Source: Girardia tigrina | Taxonomy: Eukaryota | Reading direction: 5' to 3' | NCBI GenBank assembly: GCA_001938485.1 | Contig: MQRK01252713.1 | Span: 1-55,094 of the forward strand | DNA: 55,094 nt | In this document: positions 12,123 through 25,219 of the stretch, piece after piece | Numbering within the stretch: the first letter of the stretch is position 1 | How the letters are laid out: every line of letters begins with the position of its first letter | Made by a program: the position numbers and the translations under genes | The notes under the pieces: model-generated | Seen by the model: only the letters and a program-made list of their open reading frames with translations | Told to the model about the DNA's origin: nothing | Database searches by the model: none

Positions 12123-13033
12123 AAAACCTTGTTACAGCGATGGTTGTTTTGTAGGAAAAATATGAATTTAATTGTCTTTTATGTGATTTTTAAAATTTGC
12201 TTCTCACTAACCATAACAATAAACTTACGTTTTTTTAAGTTTCCTAATATGACATACCCTTGCATACGATTCACAAACATCTTCTGTATATTAAAAGCGA
12301 CTAACGATTGTTTCGAAAGAGCTTGTAATGGTCGACATTTATAGCAATATATTTTTTAGCAATCGAGCAATCTTAAAAATCGGTAAAGCAATGATTCCTG
12401 TTAATCATTTCAGCAAAAAACATTTATGTTCATCCAAAAGCCAATATACAAGAATTAGAAGAAAAAAGTAAAATAAATGCAATTTAGTACCATTTAGACA
12501 TCTTCAGTGTAATGGAAAAGGGGAATAGTAACGAATTATATAATTTCAAAAACTATTACACCAAGTCTCAAAAACATGATTTTAAATATTTTATTGTTAA
12601 TTTAAAAAAACTTTAAAATATTGTAACGCAATTTAAAATCAGTACTACGTTAAGAAAAATCTCCATGAACGTTTAAACATGGTTTATGATGCTTAATTAA
12701 CAAGGCTCTTGAAATAGTCCTTTCATAATTTGTGTCAAAATTATTTAAAATAACCTTTTAAATAACTTTTATAACTTTTTAATAACTGATAAAAGTAACC
12801 AAACTTAAGTAGTACATACAATATATTTAATAAGAAGAAACAGAGATTAAATCAACTCAACATAATCAAATTTCTAACATTAAAACCAGAACAACCGTAA
12901 TGTCAATCTATCAATAACACAAAACTGTTGCAATAAATACCAAGACCAAATTGTATAATAAGATATAACGAAATTAAATATTGGAAATAAAAATGATTTT
13001 AACAAATTAATATATGGCAACTAATGCAAAATA

Positions 13034-13386
13034 CAGGGCCGGATTACACACTATGTGTGACCCTTAATATGTCAAACCTTTGAAGGCCCTCCAAGTTCCC
13101 GACCCATATTGCAATTTGAAAATATAACCTTTAATTTTCCTTATTTTCTTTCAGTTTACTTCATATTTTACATTTCATTGTCATCTATGGTGCCGTTAGT
13201 CGCTGGTGAAGTCATTTAAATATCTTGAAAGACAAAATTTTAGTACACTTCATTTCCAGTGGTCTATGGTAGGTGATTTCAGTCGTTCTTGTACCAATAA
13301 TAGCCTTACTTTTTTAGTAATAAAATAAAAAAAGCTTTTATGGAGGGTCCAATGGGCAGTGGCCAAATTTGCCTAATAATTAATCC
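13034..13386 (-). mobile_element. hAT-derived remnant
   Basis: hAT-like end CAGGGCCGGATTA at 13034. The minus strand encodes a decayed hAT C-terminal motif (VQERLKS...LNDF) at ~13200-13310. A similar end, TAATCCCGCACTA, lies at 14981-14993. Confidence 0.5.
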
Positions 13387-13978
13387 AAAACACTCTGTTA
13401 AAAGTAGTTGGAAACCGGCAATAATTATTATGGAATAAAAGAAAATATTCTGATTAAATGATTATTATTCATTGGGGAAATTATTTATTTCTGGTGATAA
13501 TAATAATTCCAAAATTAATAATGATTTCATTAAGTATATTTATTTGGAATTTAAATTCAATATTTAAATTTTCCGTTTTAGTTTTGCAATTTCGAAATAA
13601 ATATAATTGAAATAAATTCTTTATTTTCTATTATTTCTTTATTTGACTCAAATAAATGCCTCTAAATCACTATCTACAAAACCACTAAGCACTGAATGGT
13701 ATTCTGGAGGGGTCACTGTAATTTCATCAAAGTTATGGTGATTTATCAATTTTAAACTAAATAAATTTGATTAAGTTTGGTGCCGTGGCACAAGAATGGA
13801 TTACTAATTAGGCAAAGTATGCAACTACCTAGGGGCCCCGTGATCAGAATATCGTAGTATTGTGTTATAAATTTACAAATATTAGCAAGTTAGCAACAAC
13901 ATTCGACAGAAAAAAAAACATTTAAACAATTGAATGATTCGTGATCATTAGCATATACGGGCCCATGACCAAATGTTT

Positions 13979-14091
13979 TTTACCACGTTTTTATTAGCTT
14001 GCTTTCTTGTCTGTTTGTCTGTCTGGAACAAATCTTGCGATTGATTTTTCGACCACTTTCAGTCATCCAATTGAGCTGAATTTTTTTATAC
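13979..14091 (+). mobile_element. 5' end of a related DINE-1/HINE-like element, cut by a gap
   Basis: GTCTGTTTGTCTGTCTGG...AAATCTTGCGAT is shared with the reverse complement of 12060-12120. Confidence 0.5.
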
Positions 14092-16984
14092 NNNNNNNNN
14101 NNNNNNNNNNNNNNNNNNNNNNNNNNNNNNNNNNNNNNNNNNNNNNNNNNNNNNNNNNNNNNNNNNNNNNNNNNNNNNNNNNNNNNNNNNNNNNNNNNNN
14201 NNNNNNNNNNNNNNNNNNNNNNNNNNNNNNNNNNNNNNNNNNNNNNNNNNNNNNNNNNNNNNNNNNNNNNNNNNNNNNNNNNNNNNNNNNNNNNNNNNNN
14301 NNNNNNNNNNNNNNNNNNNNNNNNNNNNNNNNNNNNNNNNNNNNNNNNNNNNNNNNNNNNNNNNNNNNNNNNNNNNNNNNNNNNNNNNNNNNNNNNNNNN
14401 NNNNNNNNNNNNNNNNNNNNNNNNNNNNNNNNNNNNNNNNNNNNNNNNNNNNNNNNNNNNNNNNNNNNNNNNNNNNNNNNNNNNNNNNNNNNNNNNNNNN
14501 NNNNNNNNNNNNNNNNNNNNNGTATAAAATTTCTCACATGTCTAGAAAAAAATTATTTTCCTCTTTTTAGTGCATTGGTAATGCTTGAAAAACGTGGTTG
14601 TTTTTATAAAAAATTTTTTTTATTAATAATATTATTTCTAAATAGATTTTTAGTCTATAATTATGAGTTTTAACTTCTAACAATCACATCATTATTCAAT
14701 TCACCCACTAAGGTTGTGTATTACAACCAGACCCCACTGCCGCCGGTCAAAATAGCTTGACACCGATGAAAATTGCACGGCGTCGGTGTCTGATTACAAT
14801 ATACCAACACTTACGTTACTAGCAGCTGGTGACTTCGTAAAATGAAAAATACGCTAAACTACTTACAGTCACGAAGAAAGTACTTGAAGGTTGAATTCGC
14901 AAATTGCAATATGGATCTTTTACTCTCGTTAGTGTCTCGGGGCCCCTAAAGTTTGACAGCCTATGGGCCTCAACTGTACTTAATCCCGCACTACGGGGAC
15001 CATTTTTCCTATTCAACCACTGCTCGAACTCCGTGTCGGGATTTTTTCAAAAGTTTTAAATTATTAAAATAAGAAATTAATTAATTTATATAACTAAAAT
15101 TTTTACATTAAAAAAAATAAATAAAATTGATCAACCACAAAATTATTATTACAAATTCAATATTAATTTTTATTATTTACATTATTATTTTTATTATTAA
15201 ATTATCATATTTTTAATATTATATTTATTTATAAAATAAACAGAGAGTAATTATAATGAAAACTATAATTGAGAACACTAATATGGTTTTGAAATTTTTA
15301 TTCGGTTGATATCGAACTAAATTGTTAAGATTTTAGAATGAATCTTTTTTAAAATATTTGAACGAAGATGACGTGGATCGTATTAGGTATCTTACACGCA
15401 TGATTTAAGGATATCATATATTGACATAGAAAATACGTTCCACCACCATTTTTTTTTACCTCTCGTTCATTAGCTATTTACACTTTTGAATTTGCTGTTT
15501 GATTTACTCTGATTGATTAAGAATTTTTATGTGAATTTTTATTCTTGAGAAAGATGATTTAATAAATGTTATTTAATTTTAAAAAAAATATGATGGTTGA
15601 ATTTGTGATTATTTAAATGCTTTGATTATTTGTAGAAAATTGTGTCACTACGGAAGATTTCCATTTTCATACAAGTAAATTATTTTTATGATTTCTTAAT
15701 TATTTTAAAATTTTTAGAATGTAAAATTTTTTATCTATTTTAAAAAAAATTTTATTTAAGAAAAATTATTTTAATGATTTTATTTTAAAAACTTTTAATT
15801 GATTGAATTAAGAATTTCATCTAAAATTTTATTTTAAAAATTATTTCAATGACTTATTTTACAAACTTTTATTTTAATCGGTTTAAGAAATTACATTATT
15901 CATTGAATTATCAAAATTTTATTTAACTTTTTGGATTTTTGTATTGTTCATTTTTAATGTTTTTAAAATATCTTTTTATTTTTTATGTCTGCGAAAATTT
16001 TAATTTAACACATTTCTGTTTTTGTGTGGTTTTAAATTAACTTCTTTATTTAATATGGATATATTTTTTTAAAAATATTGAATTAATTTTCATAACTTTA
16101 AATTTCCCTTTAAAAAAAATTTATATATAGGTTTTGGATTTATGATTTTAGTTTTTTTTAATTTTTAAAATAATAATATTACAATTTTTCGAAAGGAGTC
16201 ATTTGGCAAGATGAAATTTTAACTAACTCTTTATAAAAAAAATTAATAATTTCATTTTAGTAATTTCAATTTTTAAGTATGTAATGCTGTAATTTAAAAT
16301 GTAAATCATGTTCAAACAATTAATCATCACAAACATTTTCCAATTACCAAATTCAAGATACTAAATTTTTTTGTATAAAACAATGGATTTTGTGAATGAT
16401 CGTATTTTCAAAAAACGTTTTGGTTTAAACGGTGAATCGTTTAATTAAAATGTTTGCATATTAACATTTTGTAAGGAAATTTATTTTAAGTTTTGTTTAA
16501 AATATTTTTTAATGTTTACTTATATTTTCATTAAAATTATAAGAAACTGATAGAAAACGAACCCGAAAAAAAACGTGCCACACGCAAAAAGACGCAACAA
16601 ATCACACGCCGCCCGAGTGACACTCGGTTAAAACTATTGAGTGGTTAAAAAAATAAAAATTTTCTAAATTTATTACATAGAAATTTTTCTAATAGAGTGT
16701 TTATAAGAATTTGTAAAACACAATTTTTAAAATATAAATTTGGAAATAAGAATTAGTTGAAGTATAATTTTTAAAATAATTTTTCAAATAATATTTTAAT
16801 AATAGAGATAGTCGAAATGATTGTTAAATTAAAAAAAGAAATAGAAAATAAGTTCGATTTCTTTTAATAATAAATTTATTATTTTTGCTAAAAATTTCTA
16901 AAACACAATTTTTAAAATATAAATTTCGAAATAAGAATTAGTTGAAGTATAATTTTTAAAATAATTTTTCAAATAATATTTTAA

Positions 16985-17227
16985 CCCTACAATGCGCAAT
17001 TTTTTTAATTATCATAAAAAAAATAAAACACACGCGGCCAGTATTACAAACTGAACTGTCATTTTTGTTGACAAAATATATTGCATCTATGACTTTATGG
17101 GCAGTTATCATTCCATAGACAATGTTTTTGGTTCACAGTATGTAAACAATCAAAGAATATCACTTGATTAAAAGATATTGAGGTAAAATATGGTTGATTC
17201 AAATATGAATCACGGCGCATTGTAGGG
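16985..17227. mobile_element. piggyBac-type MITE, family A
   Basis: 13-bp TIR CCCTACAATGCGC/GCGCATTGTAGGG with TTAA TSDs. An empty paralogous site exists at ~16796. Second copy, inverted, at 42923-43154. Confidence 0.9.
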
Positions 17228-17497
17228 TTAATAATAGAGATAGTCGAAATGATTGTTAAATTAAAAAAAAAGAAATAGAAAATAAGTTCGATTTCTTTTA
17301 ATAATAAATGTATTATTTTTGCTATTAATGAATTCAAATATTGATTTAACTAACAATAATCAACATATATCGTATACTAATTTTCTTAACTTGACTTTAT
17401 TTATTTGAAATTATTTTCTTTCCAAAATTTTATTTATATATATGTATNNNNNNNNNNNNNNNNNNNNNNNNNNNNNNNNNNNNNNNNNNNNNNNNNN

Positions 17498-17550
<53 letters not shown>

Positions 17551-18818
17551 CTCTTGCAAAGAAACCAACAAAAAAGTGTCGATCTTTAGAAACCTTTGGG
17601 TAAATTAATTTTCATTAAAACTAACCAATCAGCATGAAAATTGGGATTGTTTCAAACAACTTCCAATCTCGCCCGAATCCAGTAATCAAATATCATCATA
17701 ATTCAATAAAACAAATAAAACAAAAATTTCAATTCATAATTCATTTGGAATGGTCGGGCAGAAAGCTCTGTGGTTAATACCGACCCGGCCAGCTACGATG
17801 ACCGGAGGCAATTTCTGCTCATTGAGTGGAAAAGAGAATCAATGTAATTCCAGCTTTACTGACTCACTTTTAATGAATTCGTCAATTCCAATTCTTTGAC
17901 AAAGTTCTCTTTTCTTTTGGATGTCATTGAGTTGGATGATGACTTGTTACAGAAATTTTCAATTGTAATCAATTGTGGCAGATTTCTATATCAAATTGCC
18001 ATTTTTGCCAACAAAATTTCATTTAAATAAGCCTTGAAGCAATTCGGGAAAACAATTGAAAAAGTTATTTAAAAATTCAATAATAAATTACCATAAGTAA
18101 AAGTGAAGAAGAGAATTTTTTGGTGATGATGAAATAAAAAGTTCCGTCTTTTTTTCTCTCATTTTTTATTTATATTTTTGTTTATTTCTATTTCTTTTAA
18201 TTCGAAAAAATTATATCATGGAAAAATATTGACTTATTTTAGTATGAGATAAAACAAAAAAAAACATATTAAGGAAAAATTATCATATTTTGTTTGACTA
18301 ATGTTTTTTGGCTTATTTAACAAGATATAATTTATTTAAACAAATAAAAATTGAAGAAAATGGAATTATTCACATTAATTTATCGTTTTGAAAAGCGTAT
18401 TAAAATGAGGTCATTACATCGAGCAAGCTCGTCCGAGAATCGGTTTAAAGATAAATGATGTAATGATAATGGGACAAATACGTCAATCCACTTAGCTAGC
18501 TGTAGAGAATGCCGCCCTTCGATTAATTTAAAACAAGAAAAAGAAGCATGGGTATAAAGCATAATGTTTTTTAGAGTAAATTAAAACTAAACTTGAAATA
18601 GATTTGCTTATTTTAAGTCTTCAATTTATTTCTTTTTCTACAAATTGTATGATATTATGTTAAGAATAATATATATTTCCCGTGGATGATTTTGTCTTGT
18701 TGGAAAAATATAATTATAATAAAGATAATAAAATTTTAGATAAACTTTTACTAAAAAACAAAATTCATCTATTTTATAATATGTTTCAGGATTAGATGGT
18801 GGTTCGGATCCAGATGGG

Positions 18819-18864
<46 letters not shown>

Positions 18865-18899
18865 TTGAAAAAAATGATAAATCATTGAAATTAAAATTC

Positions 18900-19560
18900 G
18901 AAAGCCAATTAAAATTGTTTATTAATTTCGACGCATTAACCTTCATCTTCAGATCAACTGATTTTTAAAAGAAATGTACTAATATACTGCCGCTAACGAT
19001 TGTGCAATCATTACGTCATCAATAAATCATTTAAAACCCTCAATAAAGTTGTCGAAAGTGCATTTTGAACGTTAATTTTAGGATCCAAAGATATTATATA
19101 AAACGCTTCACATGTCACTCAAATAATTACAAATAATTCTTAAATTGAGTGCACAGAGTTTTAAAGTTATAGATGTTTAAGTTCCCTTTACAATGTTTAC
19201 TATATCCAGTAATATTACTTCCACTTTCCTTATTATTGTTTTCCTGGATTTTCGTACAGAGATGACTCGAAGTCTCTTCAATGTATATGACATTACACCC
19301 ATTAAATGTATATTGGTAAATGAGATCCGAAAAGAATCTCAATAGTGTTGAAGATTTATTACTAAACATACTGTCAATTTTTTTGGTACGAAAAATTATT
19401 TGTAAATTTATTGTATCTTTTAAAATAGACTTTCTAAATGTTTTAAAACCTTCTGAATAATGGTACAGTTAAAACATACCCGAGTTCTAAACTATTTTTA
19501 TTAATGTTACAGGATTGATCTTGATCTTGAACATCTATAAGATTATTGTTATTACTTTTT
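18900..19560 (-). mobile_element. Penelope-like element 3' remnant (GIY-YIG endonuclease and terminal repeat)
   Basis: SDLIYQYTFNGCNVIYIEETSSHLCTKIQE matches the PLE VVY..C..C...YIG.T...L..R..EH motif. It is followed by TCEAFYIISLDPKINVQ (E...I....P.lN.Q) and then a hammerhead motif. Confidence 0.8.
18913..18959 (-). ncRNA. Minimal type-I hammerhead ribozyme-like motif (PLE-associated)
   Basis: Minus strand reads AGTTGAT-CTGAAGA-T-GAAGG TTAAT GCGTC-GAAA-TTAA-TA-AACAATT. The core is intact with a palindromic stem III loop, but stem II is degenerate. Confidence 0.6.
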
Positions 19561-20039
19561 TTTAATTAATTTATCAATAGTTTCTTTCGTTAGTTTATCA
19601 ACTATTAATTTTCAAAATAAAATAAAATTGAGTTGGAAACGAGAATTCTTTGAAAAAAGCGAAAATAAATAGTTGTGAAATATTTGAATTATGTAATTAA
19701 TTGGTGTTGAAATGCAGGCTGACATCTCTGCCGACGAGGGGAAACTCGACTGATTAACGTTAAAATTAAATGAAGAAAACGTTCTGAAAACCGTTGTGAA
19801 TTTCCGAGCTCTTTGTACCGGAAAAAGGGATTCGGAAATAAAGAAAATAATTTAGTTGGTCAGGTCTAACAAACCTACTGATTCGAGAATGGTTAACGGC
19901 TCTTTTTAGTGCCATAAATGCTGATTGTTTGGCTTTGTTTTATCGGAATGTGCTTCCGAACGAAGGCGAGAATTCAGCTGGCTGTTGTTGTCGAAATTTT
20001 ATGTCGATACCGAGAGCCAGGCACTTTGATGAAAGCCAG

Positions 20040-20318
20040 ATGAGTAACAATATATATTTCGACGGATCAACCGTCATATTCAAGCCAATGATTAATAATT
20101 TAAATCACCTGTATATAAATGCAAAAATAATGTCAACGGAAATATAAGGAAACATGATTAGAGGTTTAATTTATCGCTCTTGGTCTTTGTCTTTATTTTT
20201 TCCTAAATCTGTAGAAAGTTTTAATAAACTAAAATTCTTGTTAAATCCGAATGGTTATCCTAAATCTTTTCTTGAAAAATTATATAAGAAACTACTACTA
20301 CTATTTGGTTTTAAATAA
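20040..20318 (+). mobile_element. Penelope-like fragment: inverted terminal repeat (20040-20145) fused to an RT thumb coding piece
   Basis: 20151-20318 reads NMIRGLIYRSWSLS...LKFLLNPNGYPKSFLEK, the PLE RT-thumb NGYP motif. The preceding segment is homologous to the repeats at 50726-50940 and 53153-53364 and carries a mutated hammerhead on the minus strand (20045-20088). Confidence 0.75.
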
Positions 20319-20970
20319 ATGAATTCAACTGTATCTTTCAGGATTTTATTGAAATACTTTTTATTAAATCCATTTTTGAAAGTAGATTTCGAAGTTCCAT
20401 AACTTAATTATCATGTGTCTTCAATTTTAATGTTAACCTCCAAACTCGATGTACAAAACCCCTTATCATGTTTCTATTTTATCTAGGGTCTGAAAAATGT
20501 TTTAAACAACTGTTCAAACTGGTTTCAGTTCGTTTTCGATAAATTAGAACCTGATCTTTGGCTCTTTCAATTATTACATCTAAAAACGATTATTTATTGT
20601 TATTCTCCATTTCAAAAGTAAATTCGATATAATGAGAAAGACTATTTACAAAATCTAAAAAAACTTGAAGCATTACTGTTGTGTGTTTTTAGAAAGTTCC
20701 ATGTAATTAGGTTTATTTTTAATTAAAACTAATTTTATATAAATATTAATGTATTTTATAATTAAAAAAATATGTAAAAAAATGTAAAAACTTGTATGTA
20801 TTATTTTTTTGTTATTGTAGTATTATTTATAATTGTAAGTTTAAAAAGATTAGTTTATTTAAAACGAAAAATTAAATATAGTTATTAATTACCGCATATT
20901 TTTCTTTATGTAATTATTTATTACAATCATTGAAATACAATTATCGACTACAATTATTTATTATAATTAA

Positions 20971-21300
20971 AGTCTAAATCAACATCTTTTCCATGGGAAA
21001 AAATTCTCATTTTCATCCTTCACAACGAAATTACGATTCGGTAGTAGTAATGATCCCGAACCGGTTATCATTTTCCATTGTATCGCTCGTAAAGTCAAAT
21101 CATCATCGAATCGTAACATTGTCCGACAACCGCTCATTCCCGACAATCGCTCGGCGACGTCAATGAATACGAAATTCAACAACGCCATCAAACTGGCATC
21201 GATCGCCATGAAATTGTCTCTGATTGAATTGCTTCAACCGTTCAAAGAACAACCGACAATCGGCGAATTGATCCAAATGAATAAACAGCATTTAAAATAG
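20971..21300 (+). other. GC-elevated open frame, candidate coding exon of unknown gene (strand uncertain)
   Basis: 110 codons in one plus frame ending at TAG 21298-21300 (...SMNTKFNNAIKLASIAMKLSLIELLQPFKE...). A 76-aa antisense ORF overlaps it. No recognisable domain. Confidence 0.3.
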
Positions 21301-23514
21301 AAATCATTCCCGACAATTGTCCATCGTCACTCGATCCAATCGCCAATCCGACAAGACGCGCTCGATCCGGCCGCCTGGCCCATCAAAAACACGATAATTA
21401 CCTTCACGTTTAAATATAAAAATATATACATTTAAATTTCAATTGGATGAACTTTAAGAATAATTAAAAGAAAGTATAATGAATACCCCTAATTTGTAAT
21501 AATGTCCACAGTTAGGAGTTCTTCAACCACTGATTTATCTTTTATCATTTATCCTCTGCACTGGAGGTACTTATATGTATTTTCTTTTGCAACAAAACGA
21601 CTCCCTTTTCTCTTCCTAATCCAATATATAAAAGACAAACATCAAATTAATATCTTTTATAAATAATCTAAATAAAAGAAATTGAAAAAAAATTTGATGA
21701 ATAAAATTTAAGTCAAACCTCCCAATAAAAATGTAAATAACTCAAGGGTTTTGAATGAAACTTTTTTAATTTGAAATTAATTTACATATTAAAGTTGATG
21801 GAAATTGATGAAAACGGAATTGAATTATAATTAAAATTTTTTTAATTATAATAATGAGATTCTAACTGTAAGTTTGGTATATATAAAAAGATTTTTCGAC
21901 AATCTTTAAAATTATTATCATCGCTGTCAGAGGCCGGTCGACACCAGATATTGCAAATATTTATTTATTTATATTTTTTATTTTATTTTAACAATGTATA
22001 TTTGACCAATTTTCTCTTCATTCTATAAGTTTTGTTAGACAAATATGAAAGGTTAATTTTTTAAATAGACCATTTGAAATGCTTCTCGATTTTGATGCTT
22101 TTGAAAGGCTTCTCATTATTTTGATCACTTTGGTTTTCTATTCCATATAATATATTATAACTTCATACTTCAAATTTAAAACATATTTTAGATTTATATC
22201 AACAATCTCCTGGGCCACTTTTAAGAAATGTTATCTGGGGAGCACAAAAAATCTGGAAAGGTCATATGCCAAAATACGGTAACTTTTTTATCTCAAATGA
22301 AAATAGTCATTTTCCTTGTTTTTGTATAATTCTTTTCATATTCCAAAGAGTTTTTTATCAAGTGTTCTCAGTTTCAAAAGAAGAAAGTACACAAGTGACC
22401 AGACGCATAACATTGTCAATCTCTTTCAAGGAGAGATTGTAAATCTCCCTCCTTAAAAAGTCTTTCGCTCGGAAATCGCAAAAATGTTTAATCTGTTTTT
22501 TAATGAATAATTAACGAAAAATATTTTGAAAGAAGATTATTTTTGGTTATTATAATAATTTTTATTCTTGTAATGAAGAAATGTCTAGAAGTTTTGTAAA
22601 AATTTCGATTAATATTATTCTTTCTGAATTTTAAAACTGAATTATTTATATTTTTGATTAATCTTTATTTATATTCAAACATTCTCATTCTCTCCGGCTC
22701 AAGAACGATTCCAATAGCAATTGTGTTATGAAACATATTTTTTTTGAAAACTTGACATATTTTATGTCTATCCTTATGAATAGCTTACGGCTTGAAATGT
22801 TTTGTTTCGCTTGGTTTGATGGTATAAATAATGGTATATATAAAAATGATCTAATTAATAAATTAAATTAAATTAAAGAATTAAATTTAAAAAATTAGGA
22901 TTTAAATAATTATTTGTGATTAATTATTGGATTCAAATCCAAAACAAAGACTTCTTTGTAAAGTTGATTTGTTAGGCTACTAGTGTGTGAGTACCGAGTC
23001 ATGACACACCAGAGACTGCAGTCGAGTTGAATGAAATGGCTCACTCTGATTGGTCAACCAATTATTATCGAATTTTGAATTTTTGTTGCACAAATGACAA
23101 ATCATTTCACGATTTCTGAAAAATTAATTATTTTGACTATCAACTATTTTTGATACCGATTTTTAACTATTTTAAAAACGAACGATTATCGAAATTTAGC
23201 GAATCCAGTTATCGAAATGAATTTAATTAAAGAACGGACATTCTCGAAGTTTTAAAAATTTTTGAATTACGAATTTTAACGAATCCAAGTTTTCGATTTG
23301 ATTTCTATTAAACGAAATTTTTGTATTGGTACATTTTCAATTTCTATTTATCAAATTTATAATACGCAATTTGGCGAAATTTTAAATTTGAGTCAAAATA
23401 AGTTCGAACGACAAATATTTGTCGAAATTTTGTATTGAATATAATTGTTTTTCAAGTTATTTTTCCATTCTTTTAATTATTTTACTTTCTAAATAGGTAT
23501 ATATCTATATATGT

Positions 23515-23862
23515 GTGTATCCATGGAATTTAGAAACCTGTTTTTGAAGGCTTTTTACTTAATCGATTTTCTTCAATCTTTGCACACTTACTCATTCTCG
23601 ATGACAATAAATGATTATGTAAATATTTGATCGAAAAAAACTTTTTAAGATACCAAAACGGGAAAAAAACGGAAAATTCGGAGTTCCCGATCAATATTAA
23701 TTGCAAGATATCTACTTATAAATTATAAGTAGTTTATATTAATTTTTATTTTGTTTTTTTAATTCAAACTTTTTAAATTTTGAAAACTTTGTTGGTAAAG
23801 TTGAGTTCTGTCTGCATAAAGAATGGATATAAAAAATTAAATTTTTGTGATTTACTAGTTTT
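23515..23862. repeat. Dispersed ~350 bp repeat, possibly a non-autonomous Helitron-like element
   Basis: Highly similar to 51141-51482. Similarity begins at ATCCATGGAATTTAGAAACC and ends at TTTACTAGTTT. Confidence 0.7.
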
Positions 23863-24469
23863 ACCTGATTTTCAATTTAAATAAGAATTTACGATTTACT
23901 GATTTTTATTAAAAAAATAATTTATTTTGTTCTGATTTGAAGCGAAGATAGAAGATTTGTTTGTCTGAGATTTTGAATTTTGATTTTTTAAACTATTTGC
24001 AAAAAAATCTCAATGATAACTAGTCTGATATGTATTAAATGAGCCCTGTACGGAATTCCCAAACTCAATGTCTCTGCTACCACCGTCCGGTCGTCGGGGT
24101 AACTTAGAGATCACATGGAACGTTTCTCTTTAATATACAACTAATTCAAAAAATTAATTCTTATTGAAATAAAAAGCAAACATTTGTATAATCTGTACAA
24201 TCTTTCTTTTACCTCTAATTAATATTTCATAAGTTTATTCAGTATTTTTAAATTATTTATTAATTAAATTTAAGTCTTTAAATATAAAAATTTAAATCTT
24301 AATATCAAACATTGGGTAGCCAACATAAAGTTGTCTGATATGAATATAAAAGTATAGATATTAAAAGAAAAATAAATTACTAATAAATTCATAATAAAAT
24401 CTTTAAATTATATTGTACATTCAATAGTTCACAAGAGGTTTTTGAAGCTGTTTACCATGAACTTCGATA

Positions 24470-25219
24470 CACAAATTAGCACTTGTCGACACTATTAAGA
24501 ACATTTAGACAAGTCTCGTTTAAATCGTTATTGCAATTACATTTAGAGTCATTATGACTCTCAGAGGTCTTTCATCGTTTGCCATCGTTCTAATTGGTTT
24601 TCTTATTTCTGTTTTTAATCATGATTATTCGAACAAATTTTGTAAATTATTTTTTTAAAATATTTAACCTCTAAAACATATTAACCCTTTCCTGACTATT
24701 GATGTCATATGGAATCATGTTTCATTTTAATATTTTATAGGCATCTATGGAAAAAATATGAATAAAATTTTTATCCTGATGAATAAGGAAGATTTTTCTT
24801 TTAAAGAAAAATTATTTTAACACGTATTTTGTCAACCGTCCTTTTATTTTTATCATTTGAAAGTTGCAGAAAGTGATTTAAGGATTTTTAATTCAGCCAG
24901 GAAAGGGTTAATTAAAAATATTAATTTTTACCATTTTTCAATAAATCCCAAAATAATAAGTGACATCAAATTATTAAAAATGCATTTAATTTAAATTTTA
25001 CTAAAAATTATTAAACTTAATTTTAATTCTGAAATTAAAGATATGAACTTATAAAATGATTATTTTAATTATGTTCGAATAGTCAATCACTTTAAATTTA
25101 GTAAAAAAATACCAATATCCATCTGGGTAGGAGAATCACCATTCTAAATTCAACATACTTAAATCAACATACAGCATCCATACATTTACACATTCAAACA
25201 ATTTAAAATATTCCTCACA
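24470..25219 (-). repeat. Old dispersed repeat with TGTGAGG terminus (solo-LTR-like), copy 1
   Basis: Ends CCTCACA at 25219 and shares a CCATCTGGGT(A/G)GGAGA motif with copies at 27207, 32486 and 34419. Interrupted by a piggyBac MITE. Left boundary is approximate. Confidence 0.55.
24685..24907. mobile_element. piggyBac-type MITE, family B
   Basis: TIR CCCTTTCCTG(A/G)CT with TTAA TSDs at 24681-24684 and 24908-24911. Confidence 0.85.

Noticed and set aside
17740-18060. GC-elevated stretch with a GTGAGT donor-like site on the minus strand
   Set aside because: All frames are short or blocked by stops and no motif was recognised.
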